Shown here one piece after another: positions 24,801-37,739 of a stretch of 64,000 nt of DNA. This stretch comes from Octopus sinensis (taxonomy: Eukaryota). A model generated the notes under the pieces. It worked only from the letters and a program-made list of their open reading frames with translations, ran no database searches and had not been told where the DNA came from. The stretch covers positions 90,582,001 to 90,646,000 of the forward strand of contig NC_043005.1 of NCBI RefSeq assembly GCF_006345805.1, in the 5' to 3' direction. The first letter of the stretch is position 1; every line of letters starts with the position of its first letter. The translations under genes were made by a program, and so were the position numbers.

Positions 24801-27800
24801 GATTTTCAGAATCAGATTGGAGAAACCTCCCCACTGAGTCAAGTTTCCAACACCTCTTTCCAGTGGCACGTAAAAAGCACCCACTACACTCCGGAGTGGT
24901 TGGTTTTAGGAAGGGCATCCAGCCGTAGAAACTCTGCCAGATCAAGTTTGGAGCCTGGTGCAGCCATCTGGTTCACCAGTCCTCAGTCAAAATCGTCCAA
25001 CCCATGGAAAGCGGACGTTAAACGATGATGATGATGAAAATAGGATCAGTGTAAACATGAATGGCTTATATATTCTTTTTGTTTAACCCTTGACCCATTT
25101 ATGAAATCCTTGATTCCTCAGCAATTCAGTGTATCATCATCATCATCATCTTCATCATCATCATCCCCATGATTTGCATCCAGTTTTCCATGCTTGCACG
25201 TGTGAGGCTGAATACATTGTGGTAGATTTTCTGCAGCCAAATGCCCATCTTGTTGCCATTTCTTACCTTGTCATTAATATCAAGCTCTTACATGGAAGAC
25301 TGGAAACAGTGATACCACTTGTATGACAGTGACACTCATTTACAGCTATCATGTGAGGTATGAGGTATGTCAAATCAAAGAAACAATCACACACACACAC
25401 ATATCCAGTGCCACTGACTGGCACGTAAAAAGCACCATTCAAGCATGGCCAATGCCAGTGTTACCTGACTGGCCCCTGTGCCAATGGCACATAAAAAGCA
25501 CCCACTACACTCTCATTGTAGTTGGCATTAGCAAGGGCATCCAGCTGTAGAAACCTTGCCAGATCAGATTGGAATCTGGTGCAGTCTCCTGGATTGCCAG
25601 TCCTCAGTCAAACCATCCAACCCATACCATCATGGAAAGCAGACGTTAAACAATGATGATGATGATATATATATATATACCCGTCCAACCCATGCTAGCA
25701 TGGAAAGCAGACGTTAAATGATGATGATGATGATGATGATATATATATATAGATAGATAGAAAGATAGACAGTTTCTGTTTACCAAATCCATTCATAAGG
25801 CTTTGCTCAGTCTATGACTACATTTGAAGGCTCTTTACCAAGGTTCCACGGAGGGGGACTAAACTCCAACCCATGTGGTTGGGAAGCAAAACTCTTAACC
25901 ACGCAACCATGCCTACACTTCTTGCACTTTGATAAAAAAAAAATATAAAGTAACATGCACAGTGTTACTTCCAGGGCATTAACCCTTTCGTTACCAACCT
26001 GGCTGAAACCGGCTCTGGCTCTTTAGTATAAATGTCTTGTTTTCATAAGTTTTGAATTCAAAATTTCCACCAAATTTTAGTCACAATTCATGTTCCTAAC
26101 ACTAGCTCAATGATAACGATGTTATTTTACTAAATTCTTTCTTATATTTAAAATAATTGGAAGAAACACAGAGCATCTCAAAATAAATACAGTAACGAAA
26201 GGGTTAATCTATCTTCTCTTACATGATAATCCTCTCTGTTTTGTACTTCTATAAGCTCAGTGGTGTTGGTGCAGTTTTCTCTCCCACCAACTATCCCATC
26301 TTCACTGTTCAACTGGATTGAGGATGGAATGGCTGAAAGGATGAGGGTGCCTGTGTTTGCTCGTGAATACATAGGTATCTACCTAAATGTAAACTCAGTA
26401 CATGTTACCCGGTCATACTCACTTCTGAGTGATTGCTATGCTTTCTTAGTAAATACCTCTCATCAACTTGCACTAAATATTTAGTAGAATTATGTACATT
26501 GTTCCAATAATCAACGAGGGTTTTTAATTTTGAACAAAGATTTAGCTTCAAAGAGAGAGAGAGAGAGAGAGAGACACTCACTCACTCACACACTCACACA
26601 CCCACTCACTCACACACTCACTTACTCACTCACTCACTCGCACACACACTCACTCACCCACTCACTCACTCACACACTTACTCACTCGCACACACACTCA
26701 CTCGCTCACTCACTCGCACACATACACTCACTCACTCACTCACTCACTCGCTCACACACTCATGCACACACTCACTCGCTCACTCACTCACACACACACA
26801 CACACACACACATCAAAGACTTCATGATGTCATACTCAGTGTCTGCATTCTTTATTTTGTACCCCAAACAATGCAACAATCCAGTCAGGTATGTGCATTT
26901 TCTCTTGTGCCTTTCAGGTGTGCTTTCAATTCTCTTAATTCTTCAAGGTGTTTATGTTTATATTTGGGTCACAACCTGAAGTATTTCCTGCTCCTTCTTG
27001 GAAATACTTGAAATGTCCACATGGTGTAGAAAATCTAACCCTTTAGCATTTAAAGTGACTAGATAATTTATGTTCCAAACACAAGCTTAATGATGATGAT
27101 GAAATTATTTCACTAAATTCTTTATTCTCCTCCAAATTAATTGAAACAAAAGCAGTGTATTTAATCAGAAATATTGTAATGAAAGCGTTAAAGCATCATA
27201 TTTGCATTTAGTGGCATTGCATCAAGTTGCATGTTTTTCTTCAAAACAGCTTCAGTCTCTTTTGCGATGGTTGGTTAAATTGCTAGTTTTATTGTATTAT
27301 GATTTCCTCACCAATGGCTACAACTGTTCTTTCTTTGCTACTTTAAGGAAAATACTGTTTAATACTGATCGGTGCTTTAAAGAATGTCTTAAATTTGGTT
27401 GATTTCTAATTTGTTCCTTTGGTGCTTTAAAAAAAATATCCACATCTTTATTTTCTTGCCAAGTGGTCTTCATTTTTGCAGGTTGTTTTAGTCAACAAAG
27501 ATATGAATCCAAATTTCAAACATTCTTATAAATAGCCATCTATATATTATACTTAATGTACACACACATCTATATAAACTGTTCATAGGCCAGTTACTGT
27601 GGTATTTGTCCTGAAATAACATCTCTTATGGTTGAGCTTTGTTAACACAACTCAACCACAAGAGATGCTGTCTCTGGACAAATACCACAGGAACTGGCCT
27701 ATCAACAATGTGTCTACATTAAGTATGATACACAGATGGCTATTTTCATGTAATGCTGTATCAGTTGCATATAATGGATGCTCTTAGTTGAAACTCTCTT

Positions 27801-30800
27801 AGTTTTCTCAATTTAAAACATCAGATTGGAAAAAAAAATTGAATTGAAACGAAATGAAACTGCCTCATTTCTGATCTTCCAGCATAGTTGTATTTAAGAA
27901 TGTTTTAACTAATACATTTTTTTGTTTTTATTATAGTAGGATATGATGTGAGGGAGATACCTGTTGAGCCATGCAATTCATTTACAGAAAAGGAAAATAC
28001 GGTTGTAGAATAATACGTAATGTCTCCTTAGCTCTGCAGGGTCTTTTAAGAGTTAATAAATAACCTTAGTGAATTTAAGTATATAGGATACAAGTGACTC
28101 AGGTAACATTGATAAATAATTGTTAGTACAAGGTTAGTATCTATATTGTCTTTGCAGTTTGTGTTAGTAAACAAAGGTAGAAATTCAAATTTCACATACT
28201 CTTGTAAATGTCTGTACTTCTTCATATAAGCAACTGCCATTATGCTCATTAAAATTTTTACTCAGTTGGTATTGGGAAGGGCATCCAGCTGTAGAAACCA
28301 TGTCAAAGCAGACACTGAGGCTCGATTCAGTCCTCTGGTTTGCTGGATCCTGTTAAATCATCCAACCCATGCCAGCATGGAAGAGTAGATTTGATTAAAT
28401 CAACTACACTGCTTCACTGCTACCTTATTTTATTGACCCTAGAAAGATGAAGGGCAAAGCTGACTTTGGTAGGATTTGATCTCACAACATAAAGGACCAT
28501 CACATAATACTACAAGGTATTTTGTCTGGCACTCTGAATCTTCCATCATCATCATCATCATTGCTTAACGTCTGCTTTCCATGCTGGCATGGGTTGGGTG
28601 GTGGTTTGACAGAGGACTGGCAAGCCAGGAGGCTGCACCAGGCTCCAATCTGATCTGGCAATGTTTCTACAGCTGAATGACCTTCCTAATGCCAACCACT
28701 CCTAGAGTGTGGTGGGTGCTTTTTATGTGCCACTGGCACAGGAGCCAGTCAGGCGGCACTGGCATCAACCACATTTGGATGGAGCTTTTTATGTGCCACC
28801 TGTATGGAGAGCCAGTCAGGCAGCACTGGCATCGACCCATGCTTGAATGGTGCTTATTACGTGCCACCAGCACAGGTGCCAGTCAGGTGGCACTGGCTTC
28901 AGCCACAACTACGATTTCCATTTTGATTTTGATTGACTCAATAGGTCTTCTCAAGCTCAGTGTATTGCCCAACGATTCAAGGGTACTTTTTAAATGGGTT
29001 GGTTATGCAACACTGGTAACCTCACTTTCCTTGCTGGGTCTTTTCAATCACAGCATACCTCCAAAGGTCTTGGTCTCTTGTCATTGCCTCTGTGAGGCCC
29101 AACATTCAAAAGTCATGCTTTACCACCTCATCCCATGTCTTCCTGGGTCTCCCTCTTCCACGGGTTCCTTCCACTGTTAGGAAGTGACACTTCTTCACAC
29201 AGCTATCCTCATCCATACGTAGCACATGACCATACCAGTCATCTCTCTTGCACACCAAATCTGATGCTTCTTATGTCCAACATTTCTCTCAGGGCGCTTA
29301 CACTGATGTGTGTGCACACTGACATTACACATCCAGTGGATCATACTAGCTTCATTTCTTTCAAGCCTACGCATGTCTTCAGCAGTTACAGCCCATGTTT
29401 CACTGCCGAATAGCATGGTAGTTTGCACACATGCATTGTACAATCTACCTTCAACTCTGAGCTAGAGACCATTTGTCACCAGTAGAGGTAGGAGCTTTCT
29501 GAACTTTGCTCAGGCTATTCTTATTCTAGTGGCAATGCTCTCTGAGCATCCACTCCCACTACAGACTTGGTCACCTAGGTAGCAGAAGCTATCAACTACT
29601 TCTAATTTCTCCTCCTGGCATGTGATGGAACCTGTTTTCTGAGCATCTTTGGTGTTTATTACTCCTGTGCATCTGCCACACATGAAAACTATCTTCCTGG
29701 TTAACATTCCTTTGATATTGCTGCACCTCTTATGTGTCCATAGCTTGTACTGGGTATATGTTATGGAGTTTCTACCTACGTCTTTCCTACAGATTGAGCA
29801 GGGCCATCTACCTGACTGGATTTGAGATGTGTTTGCCTTCCTACTTACTAGAACTTTGGCTTTTGCAACATTGATTCCAAGGTCCTTCGATTCTAGACTT
29901 TGCTTCCACACTTGAAACTTCATCTCTAGTTCTAATCGTGACTCAGCTATTAGAGCAAGGTCATCAGTATAGAAGAGCTCCCAGGGGCAGCCTATATTGA
30001 ATTTCTCTGTTATTGCCTGGAGGACTGACCCTTGATGAACCCCTACTTCTACCTGGATTTCTTCATTATATTCATTGCCAACCCTCACCTTACTGACAAC
30101 ATCTCTGTACAGGGCTTCTACAGCTCTTACCAACCACTTGTCTATCCTTGGTTTCCACATTGATGTCCAGATAAGGAATCTGGGGACACTGTCAAAGGCT
30201 TTGTCCAAGTCAACAAAAGCCAAGTACAGAGGTTTATCTTTGGCTAGGTATTTCCCCTGCAGTTGCCTTACCAGAAATATAACATCAGTGGTGACATGTA
30301 GAAAGCACCATCCAAACGTGGTTGATGCCAGTCCTTGGGCCGACTAAAGCCTTGTGAGTGGATTAGGTAGACGGAAACTGAAAGAAGTCCATTGTATATG
30401 TGTGTTTGTCTGTCTATGTGTGTCTGTCTTTGTGTTTGTCCCCCAACCACCACTTGAGAACTGGTGTTGGTGTGTTTATGTCCCTGTAACTAAGCAGTTC
30501 AGCAAAAGAAACTGATAGAATAAGCACTAGGCTTGAAAGAATAAGTCCTGGGGTCGATTTGTTTGATTAAAATTCTTCAAAGCAGTGCCCCAGCATGGCC
30601 ACAGTCAAATGACTGATATGAATAAAAGTAAAAAAAAAAATGAAAAGTGAAAGTGATAATGTAATAGATACATTATTAATGCAATAGATAAATTAACAAT
30701 GTAATAGATTAGAGACACTTATCTCAAGAATGGTGGATAATTTATTCATGGTATAGATAATTTATTCATGCTATTAATACAATAGACAAATGAATAGTAT

Positions 30801-31944
30801 ATCTTAAGAAAGCTGGATACATTATTAATGTAACTCCTTGTTAATAAGATAAAAATCTTATCTGAATTTTTTATTATTTCACATTGTGAATCAATTAGAA
30901 TCAATTGTGACATGTTCTTAGTAACATCTGTTCATTTCTTTTAGGCATATGTCTCCAATGAAAGCCAGTTGTGGTGGTCAGCACAATTTAAAAGTGCAAA
31001 GTGTAAACTATTTTAACCCTTTTGTGTCAATATTTAAAGTATATTTTGAAAATAATGAAGGGTTTAGTAAAATAACTTTATCAAGAAATTTTGATAGAAG
31101 ATTTTTATTTAGATCACACAGGAAGTTTTTATCATAGGACCGGGGGTGGTTTCAGGCTGGCTGCTATCAAAAGAGATAAATCAGCTCATTTAGAAGCCAT
31201 TAAGGCTTATTTAAGAAATGATACAGGTTAAATGAGATAATAGCTTAGGGATGAGGTAGTGAAGCATGACCTTCAAACACTGGGCCTCACCGAGGCAATG
31301 ACTAGTGACCGGGACCTCTGGAAATATGCTGTGCTTGAGAAGACTCGGCAAGTGCAAGTGAGACCATAACCTTGTGGCCTATGCCAGGGGTGTAACCAGC
31401 CCACTTATGCGTGCCTTTCCTTCATTGGACACTAAACTCTGCTTGCAAAGACTTGTTAAGGCAAGTGAAATTGAAATCGATATCGAAATCAAATTTGATG
31501 ACTGGCATCCGTGCTAGTGGAACACTAAGAGAACCATATGAGTGAGATCGGGGCCAGAGCAACAAGCTGGCCTCCGAGCCGATGGCACGTTAAAAACACT
31601 GTTCGAGTGTGATTGTTACCTGCATCGCCTTACTAACACCTGTGCTCGTAGCACGTGACAAAACATTCGAGCAAGGTCATTGCCAGTGCTGCTGGACTGG
31701 CTCCTGTGAAGGTGGCACATAAAAAGCACCATTTGAGTGTGGCTGTTGCCAGTACTGCCTGACTGGCCTTCATGCCGGTGGCACGTAAAAGCACCTACTA
31801 CACTCTCAGAGTGGTTGGTGTTAGGAAGGGCATCAAGCTGTAGAAACTCTGCCAGATCAGATTGGAGTCTGGTGCAGCCATCTGGTTTGCCAGACCTCAG
31901 TCAAATCGTCCAACCCATGCCAGCATGGAAAGCGGACGTTAAAC

Positions 31945-31978
<34 letters not shown>

Positions 31979-32419
31979 AAAAGTTCCTGTGATAGTCTTT
32001 CTTTATTTCACAGTCTTTTGTCTTTAAAAAAACCCCAAAATAGTTGTATATTTTTCTTTCTCTTTTTCATGTTTTGTTCTTCTCCTTGTTTATTTTATGT
32101 TTTCGTTTGTGATTTCATGTGACCAGTCGAAACAGCAACTAGCTGATAGCGATGCCATCCAGTCAGAAACAGTTGGGCAGGCGTATCTGGAGGAGTATGC
32201 CCTCAAGTTTTTCATTGTGGCTGACAACAAAGACAGAGCTGCTCAATTTGATAAGTATGTATCGTTTGGAGCCAAAAATTATTCATCAGAAACACACACA
32301 CACACACACAGTCTCAGTTAAGTCAATATATGCTGTCATCTCTACCCCTGATACCCTCTCTTCTTCCTGTCATTCATCTCTCTCTCTTTCTTTCTCACTT
32401 ACTCCCACTTCTATCCTGT

Positions 32420-32466
<47 letters not shown>

Positions 32467-33419
32467 TAATAATAATAACAATAATAATAATAGCACTCAG
32501 AGAGGGAAAACCTCCACCAAGGCAACACCAACATCCTCTCAATGATTAGCCGATGATTTTTAAAATGAGAATATCTGAAATAAACTCAGCTGCTCTCACA
32601 AACGAGAATACTAATAATGAAACTGACTGTTCTCAAAAATTAAGTAAAAAAACAAGAAAAATAATCCAGAGTCCTTGTCTGAAACTGGATCAATCCCAAA
32701 ATCTAATCAGTTCATGCCAGTCACGAGGCCAAACATTCCTGACAGTTTCATCAGAATCCATCCAGCAATTCTTGAGAAGTCTTGTCCATGGACAAACACA
32801 TCTGGAAAGAATACCTCTGCCTTCGCAAAAGTGGAGGTAATAATAATCCTTTCTACTAAAGGCACAAGGCTTGAAATTTGGAGGGAGGGGACTAATGAAT
32901 TACTGTGACCCCTGTATGTGACTGGTACTTAATTTATCAATCCCAAAAGGATGGAAGGCAAAGATGACCTTGGCGGAATTTGAACTCAGAATGTAAAGAT
33001 AGACGAAATGCCGGAAAGTGCTTTGCCTGGCATGCTAACGGTTCTGCCAGTTTGCTGCCTTAATAATAATGGTAATAATCCTTTCTACTATAGGCACAAA
33101 GCCTGAAATTTTGGGGCAGTGGGCTAGTCGATTACATCGACCCCAGTGCATAACTGATACTTATTTCATCGACCCTCAAAAAGCTAAAAGCAAAGTCGAC
33201 CTTGGTGAAATTTGAACTCAGAACATAAAAATGGGTGGAATACCACTTAAATATTTAACGCAGCTTCCTAATGATCCTAAATAATAATTCTTTCTACTAT
33301 AGGCACAAAGCCTGAAAAGTTGTTGGAGGATGTTAGTTGACTACATTGTTTCGGGTGTTTGACTGGTACCTATTTATTGACCTCGAAAGGATGAAAGGCA
33401 AAGTCAGTCTCAGTGAAAA

Positions 33420-33452
<33 letters not shown>

Positions 33453-33462
33453 TAATAATAAT

Positions 33463-33542
<80 letters not shown>

Positions 33543-36500
33543 TTGAGAAAACCTATTGAGTCAAGTAAAATCAAGATCAAAATCAAAAATGGAAATTGTA
33601 GTTGTGACTGAAATCAGTGCCACCTGACTGGAATACATGTTGGTGGCACATAATAAGTACCATTCAAAAGTAGGTCGATGCCACTGCCACCTGACTGGCT
33701 CTCCGTGCTGGTGATATGTAAAAAGCACCATCCAAGCATGGTCGATGCCAGTCCCTGACTGGCTCTTGTGCCGGTAGCACGTAATAAGCACCATTCAAAC
33801 GTGAGTCGACGCCAGTGCTGCCTGACTGGCTCCCCATGCTGGTGGCACATAAAAAGCACCATCCGAATGTGGTCAATGCGAGTGCCGCCTGACTGACTCT
33901 GTGACAGTGGCACGTAAAAAGCACCCACTACACTCTCGGAGTGGTTGGTGTTAGGAAGGGCATCCAGCTGTAGAAACCTTGCCAGATCAGATTGAAGTCT
34001 GGCACAGCCTACTGGCTTGCTAGTCCCCAGTATGGAAAACAGATGTTCAACAATGATAATATAGATATACTATGTAATATATATATATATGTATGTAATC
34101 TCCCACCACCATTACCGGATATCTCTCTTCTCTCACCAGAAACCCTCTCTCTCATTGGTGGTATCCTCTATCATACCTGCAATCTCCTCTCCCTCTCTCT
34201 CTCTCTCCCAGGACAAATGCAACTGGTTTAGCTGTCCACCTACTTAATTGGCTATCTTTTGTTTTGACTCAAAATTTGTCAACAAACTACTCAGTAATTT
34301 CCATGGATGTATCAAAGAGAAAGCTAATGGGCTATATGTGCGTGCTTGTTCCGCACTCGCGCGCATGTATGTGTGTGTGTGTGTGCATATGCATGCTTGT
34401 TTCTGTCTGTGTGTATGTTGATGTGTGCTTGCTTGTTCTAATGGGTGTGCTTGTTCCTCTCTTCTCTCACCATAAACCCCCTCCCTCATTGGTGGTATCC
34501 TTATCATACCTGCAATTTCTTCCCCATCTCTCTCTCTCGGACAAATGCAACTAGTTTAGCTGCCAACCTACTTAATCTAACATTGGCATATTCATATTCA
34601 TATTCTTCTCTCTTCTTTTTCTTCTCTTCCTTTATCTATTTTTTGGTTTACTTATATCTGCAACTCCAGGAATGCTTAAATTCATGCTTTTACGAAGTCA
34701 GTAATGCTTTTACTTACAGCGCCACTAACACCTACTCCTACCCCCTGTAGGGGCAACAATCTTAACATGCTCAAATGTTTGAATGATGACAGGTCAAAAG
34801 TGAGAACAGGTGTAGCATGTCGATTAAGCGAACATGAAAACCTTCTTTTCAGGCACTGAATCACATCTCCCCTCCCCATGTCTCCTCCTACATTCCTGTC
34901 CCTGTTTTTAGAGTTGGCACTCTCAATGTAGGCACACTGAAAGGTAGCACTAGTGAGATTGTAGAGATGCTTGAATGGAGACGTGTTGATGTATGCTGCA
35001 TACAAGAAGTAAGATGGAGAGGAGCTTCAGTCAGGATCCTCACAGGCAAGGCACATAGGTATAAAATCTTCTGGGAAGGAAACAGTGATGAAGTAGGGGG
35101 TGTAAGTATACTCCTTACAGAGAAATGGATGGATAAGGTCATAGAGGTAGTCAGGGTATGCGATAGAGGGCTTAAGCTCAGGCTAGTCTTGCAAAATGGT
35201 ATAGCTACAATTATCTCTGCCTATGCCCCACAAACGATCAGAAGGGCCACTTTTATGACATCCTTCTACAGGCCACCTCAAAAACAAGTGGCAATGATCT
35301 CATCTTTGCGGCTGGGGATTTTAATGGTCATGTTGGACGGCAATCTTGTATCTTCCATGGTGTTCACTGGGGCTATGGAATTAGTTCCTGAAATGAAGTG
35401 GGTATGAGGCTACTGGAGTTCTGTGATGTATGCAACCTATTAATCTGCAGCACTAACTTCAGGAAGCCAGACAGCCACCTGATAACCTATCAATCGGAGG
35501 ACTCTGCTAGCCAGATTGATTTCATCCTCACCAGACAGCGGGACGCAGGGTTGCTCTTAAATACAAAGACTCTCCCTTGTGAAGAAAGTACCCCCCAGCA
35601 TAGGCTAGTCATTAGTGACTTTAGGCTCGAGGCCAAAAGGATACCAAGAAGTAGACCAATCTGGAAGCTAAAGAACCCTTCACATGGTCAGAGATTTAGG
35701 GACATCCTCACTGAGAAATTTGATGAGAGAGAGGAGGAGCTACAGACTTCAGGCATAGAGGGTAACTGGAAATTCCTGTGTGACAGCTGACTGAGCACCA
35801 CAGACTAAATCTTTGGCTGGGGCAAAGTCCCTTCCAGACCTAGAGTTACGTGGTGGTGGAATAGTATAGTAGACAAAAGCCATTACAACAAAGAAACAGG
35901 CCTGGAAAACCTAGAAGAGTGGGGGTAGCAAGGAACTGTACCAGATAGCCTGAAGGGAGGCTGGGCGACAGGTATATATAGCCAAGGGGAAAGCAGAAAA
36001 AAGAAGTTTGCCATTGTTCAGCGACGTGAGGACCAAAGAACTGAAGGAGTTCAGATTGCAAGACAGTGTGTGAGAGAAAATTGTGATGTCACAGGAGAGA
36101 AATGTGTCCGCATGGATGATGGTGCATTTGCTTTTAATGTTTCTGAAAAGAAAGGGGCTTGGAGAAGCCATTATGAGAGACTGCTGAATGTGGAAAATGA
36201 ATGAGAGGAGGAGAGCCTGCTAAATGTTGACCCAATTGAGGGACCAGCTACCCGAATAGATAGCACCCTGGTAGATAAAGCAATTAAGGATATGAAGTCA
36301 GGAAAAGCCTCCGGCCCATCAGGAATCAATGCTGAGATGCTTTAAATATCTGGTGGTGTGGGTCGTGGCCTAGTTACCCATATTCTAAACCAAGTTGTTC
36401 AGAAAGGAGTCATACCCAATGACTGGCATAGCAGCACCATAGACATCTGCTAGAAAGGTAAAGCTGGTGCTTTAGCTCAAAATAACTACATGGGTATCAA

Positions 36501-37555
36501 ACTGCTAGGATCAGGTGATAAAGGTCATGGAGAGGGTCATAGCCCAACTAATTAGGGAGAGTCTGCTTAGATGAGATGCAGTTTGGTTTTGTGCCAGGTA
36601 GAAACACCCCTGATGTTATATTTCTGGTAAGGCAACTGCAGGAGAAATACCAAGCCAAAGATAAATCCTTTTATTTGGCTTTTGTTGACTTGGAAAAAGC
36701 CTTTGACAGGGTCCCCAATCCCTTATCTGGTGGGTGATGCAGAAACTGGAGATTGACGAGTGGTTAATAAGAGCTGTACAGGCCTTATACAAGGATGCCG
36801 TTAGTAAGGTAAGGGTCGACAATGAATATAGCAAAGAATTCTGGGTAGAAGTAGGAGTTCACCAAGGATCAGCCCTCATCCCCCAGCCCCTCTTATCATA
36901 GTCATCCAGGCAATAACAGAAATGTAAGATGGGCTGCCCCTCAGAGCTCCTCTATGCTGATGGCATTCCTCTTATAGTGGAATCACTACCAGAACTAGAG
37001 AAGAAATTTCAGGTGTGGAAGCAAGGTTCACAATTGAAGGGCCTTAGAGTTAATGTTGCAAAAACCAAAACCTACACCAGTGTCACATAACCATCCCATT
37101 TAAAAAGTACCTTTGAACCATCAGGCAACATTCTGTGCTTGAGGAGACCTATTGAGTCAAGTAAATCAAATCAAATCACAATCAAATAGAAATTGTAGTT
37201 GTGGCCGCCACCACTGCGTGGGTCGCTGCCAGAGTCACCTAACTGGCTCCCCATGCTGGTGGCACGTAAAAAGCACCATCCAATCATGGTCAATGCACCA
37301 TTTGATCATGGTCTGTTGTCCATGCTGGCATAGGTTGGATAATTTGACCAGGGCTGGCAAGCTGGAAGGCTGCACCAAACTCCAGTCTGTTTTGGCATGG
37401 TTTCTATGGCTGGATGCCCTTCCTAACACCAACCAATCCAAGAGTGTAAAAGGTACTTTTACGTACCAGTGCACAGGTGCCATTTGCAAGATACCAGTAT
37501 CTGCCATGACTGCGATTTTACTTGACTTGATGGGTCTTCTTCTCAAGCATGGCAC

Positions 37556-37643
<88 letters not shown>

Positions 37644-37690
37644 ATATATATGTATGTGTATATATATGTATATATATATATATGTATGTG

Positions 37691-37739
<49 letters not shown>

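Noticed and set aside
26178-26372. Minus ORF containing IVGG (trypsin-like N-terminus)
   Set aside because: No downstream serine-protease motifs; the ORF runs into a MITE; likely chance.
30930-31010. Strong-looking acceptor (TTTCTTTTAG) in intron 2 suggesting a cassette exon
   Set aside because: No convincing donor nearby, and exons 2 and 3 already join in frame with conserved sequence.
33612-33930. CRISPR-like look of the 67-bp periodic units; passing resemblance to pistol ribozyme topology
   Set aside because: Whole units are homologous (no unique spacers), there are no cas genes, and the context is a eukaryotic LINE 3' UTR. The 3-nt loop cannot form the pistol pseudoknot.
34700-34760. 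Possible HDV-like ribozyme at the RTE 5' end (GGGGCAAC)
   Set aside because: RTE elements can carry these, but I could not build P1/P2/P3 or the nested pseudoknot by eye.
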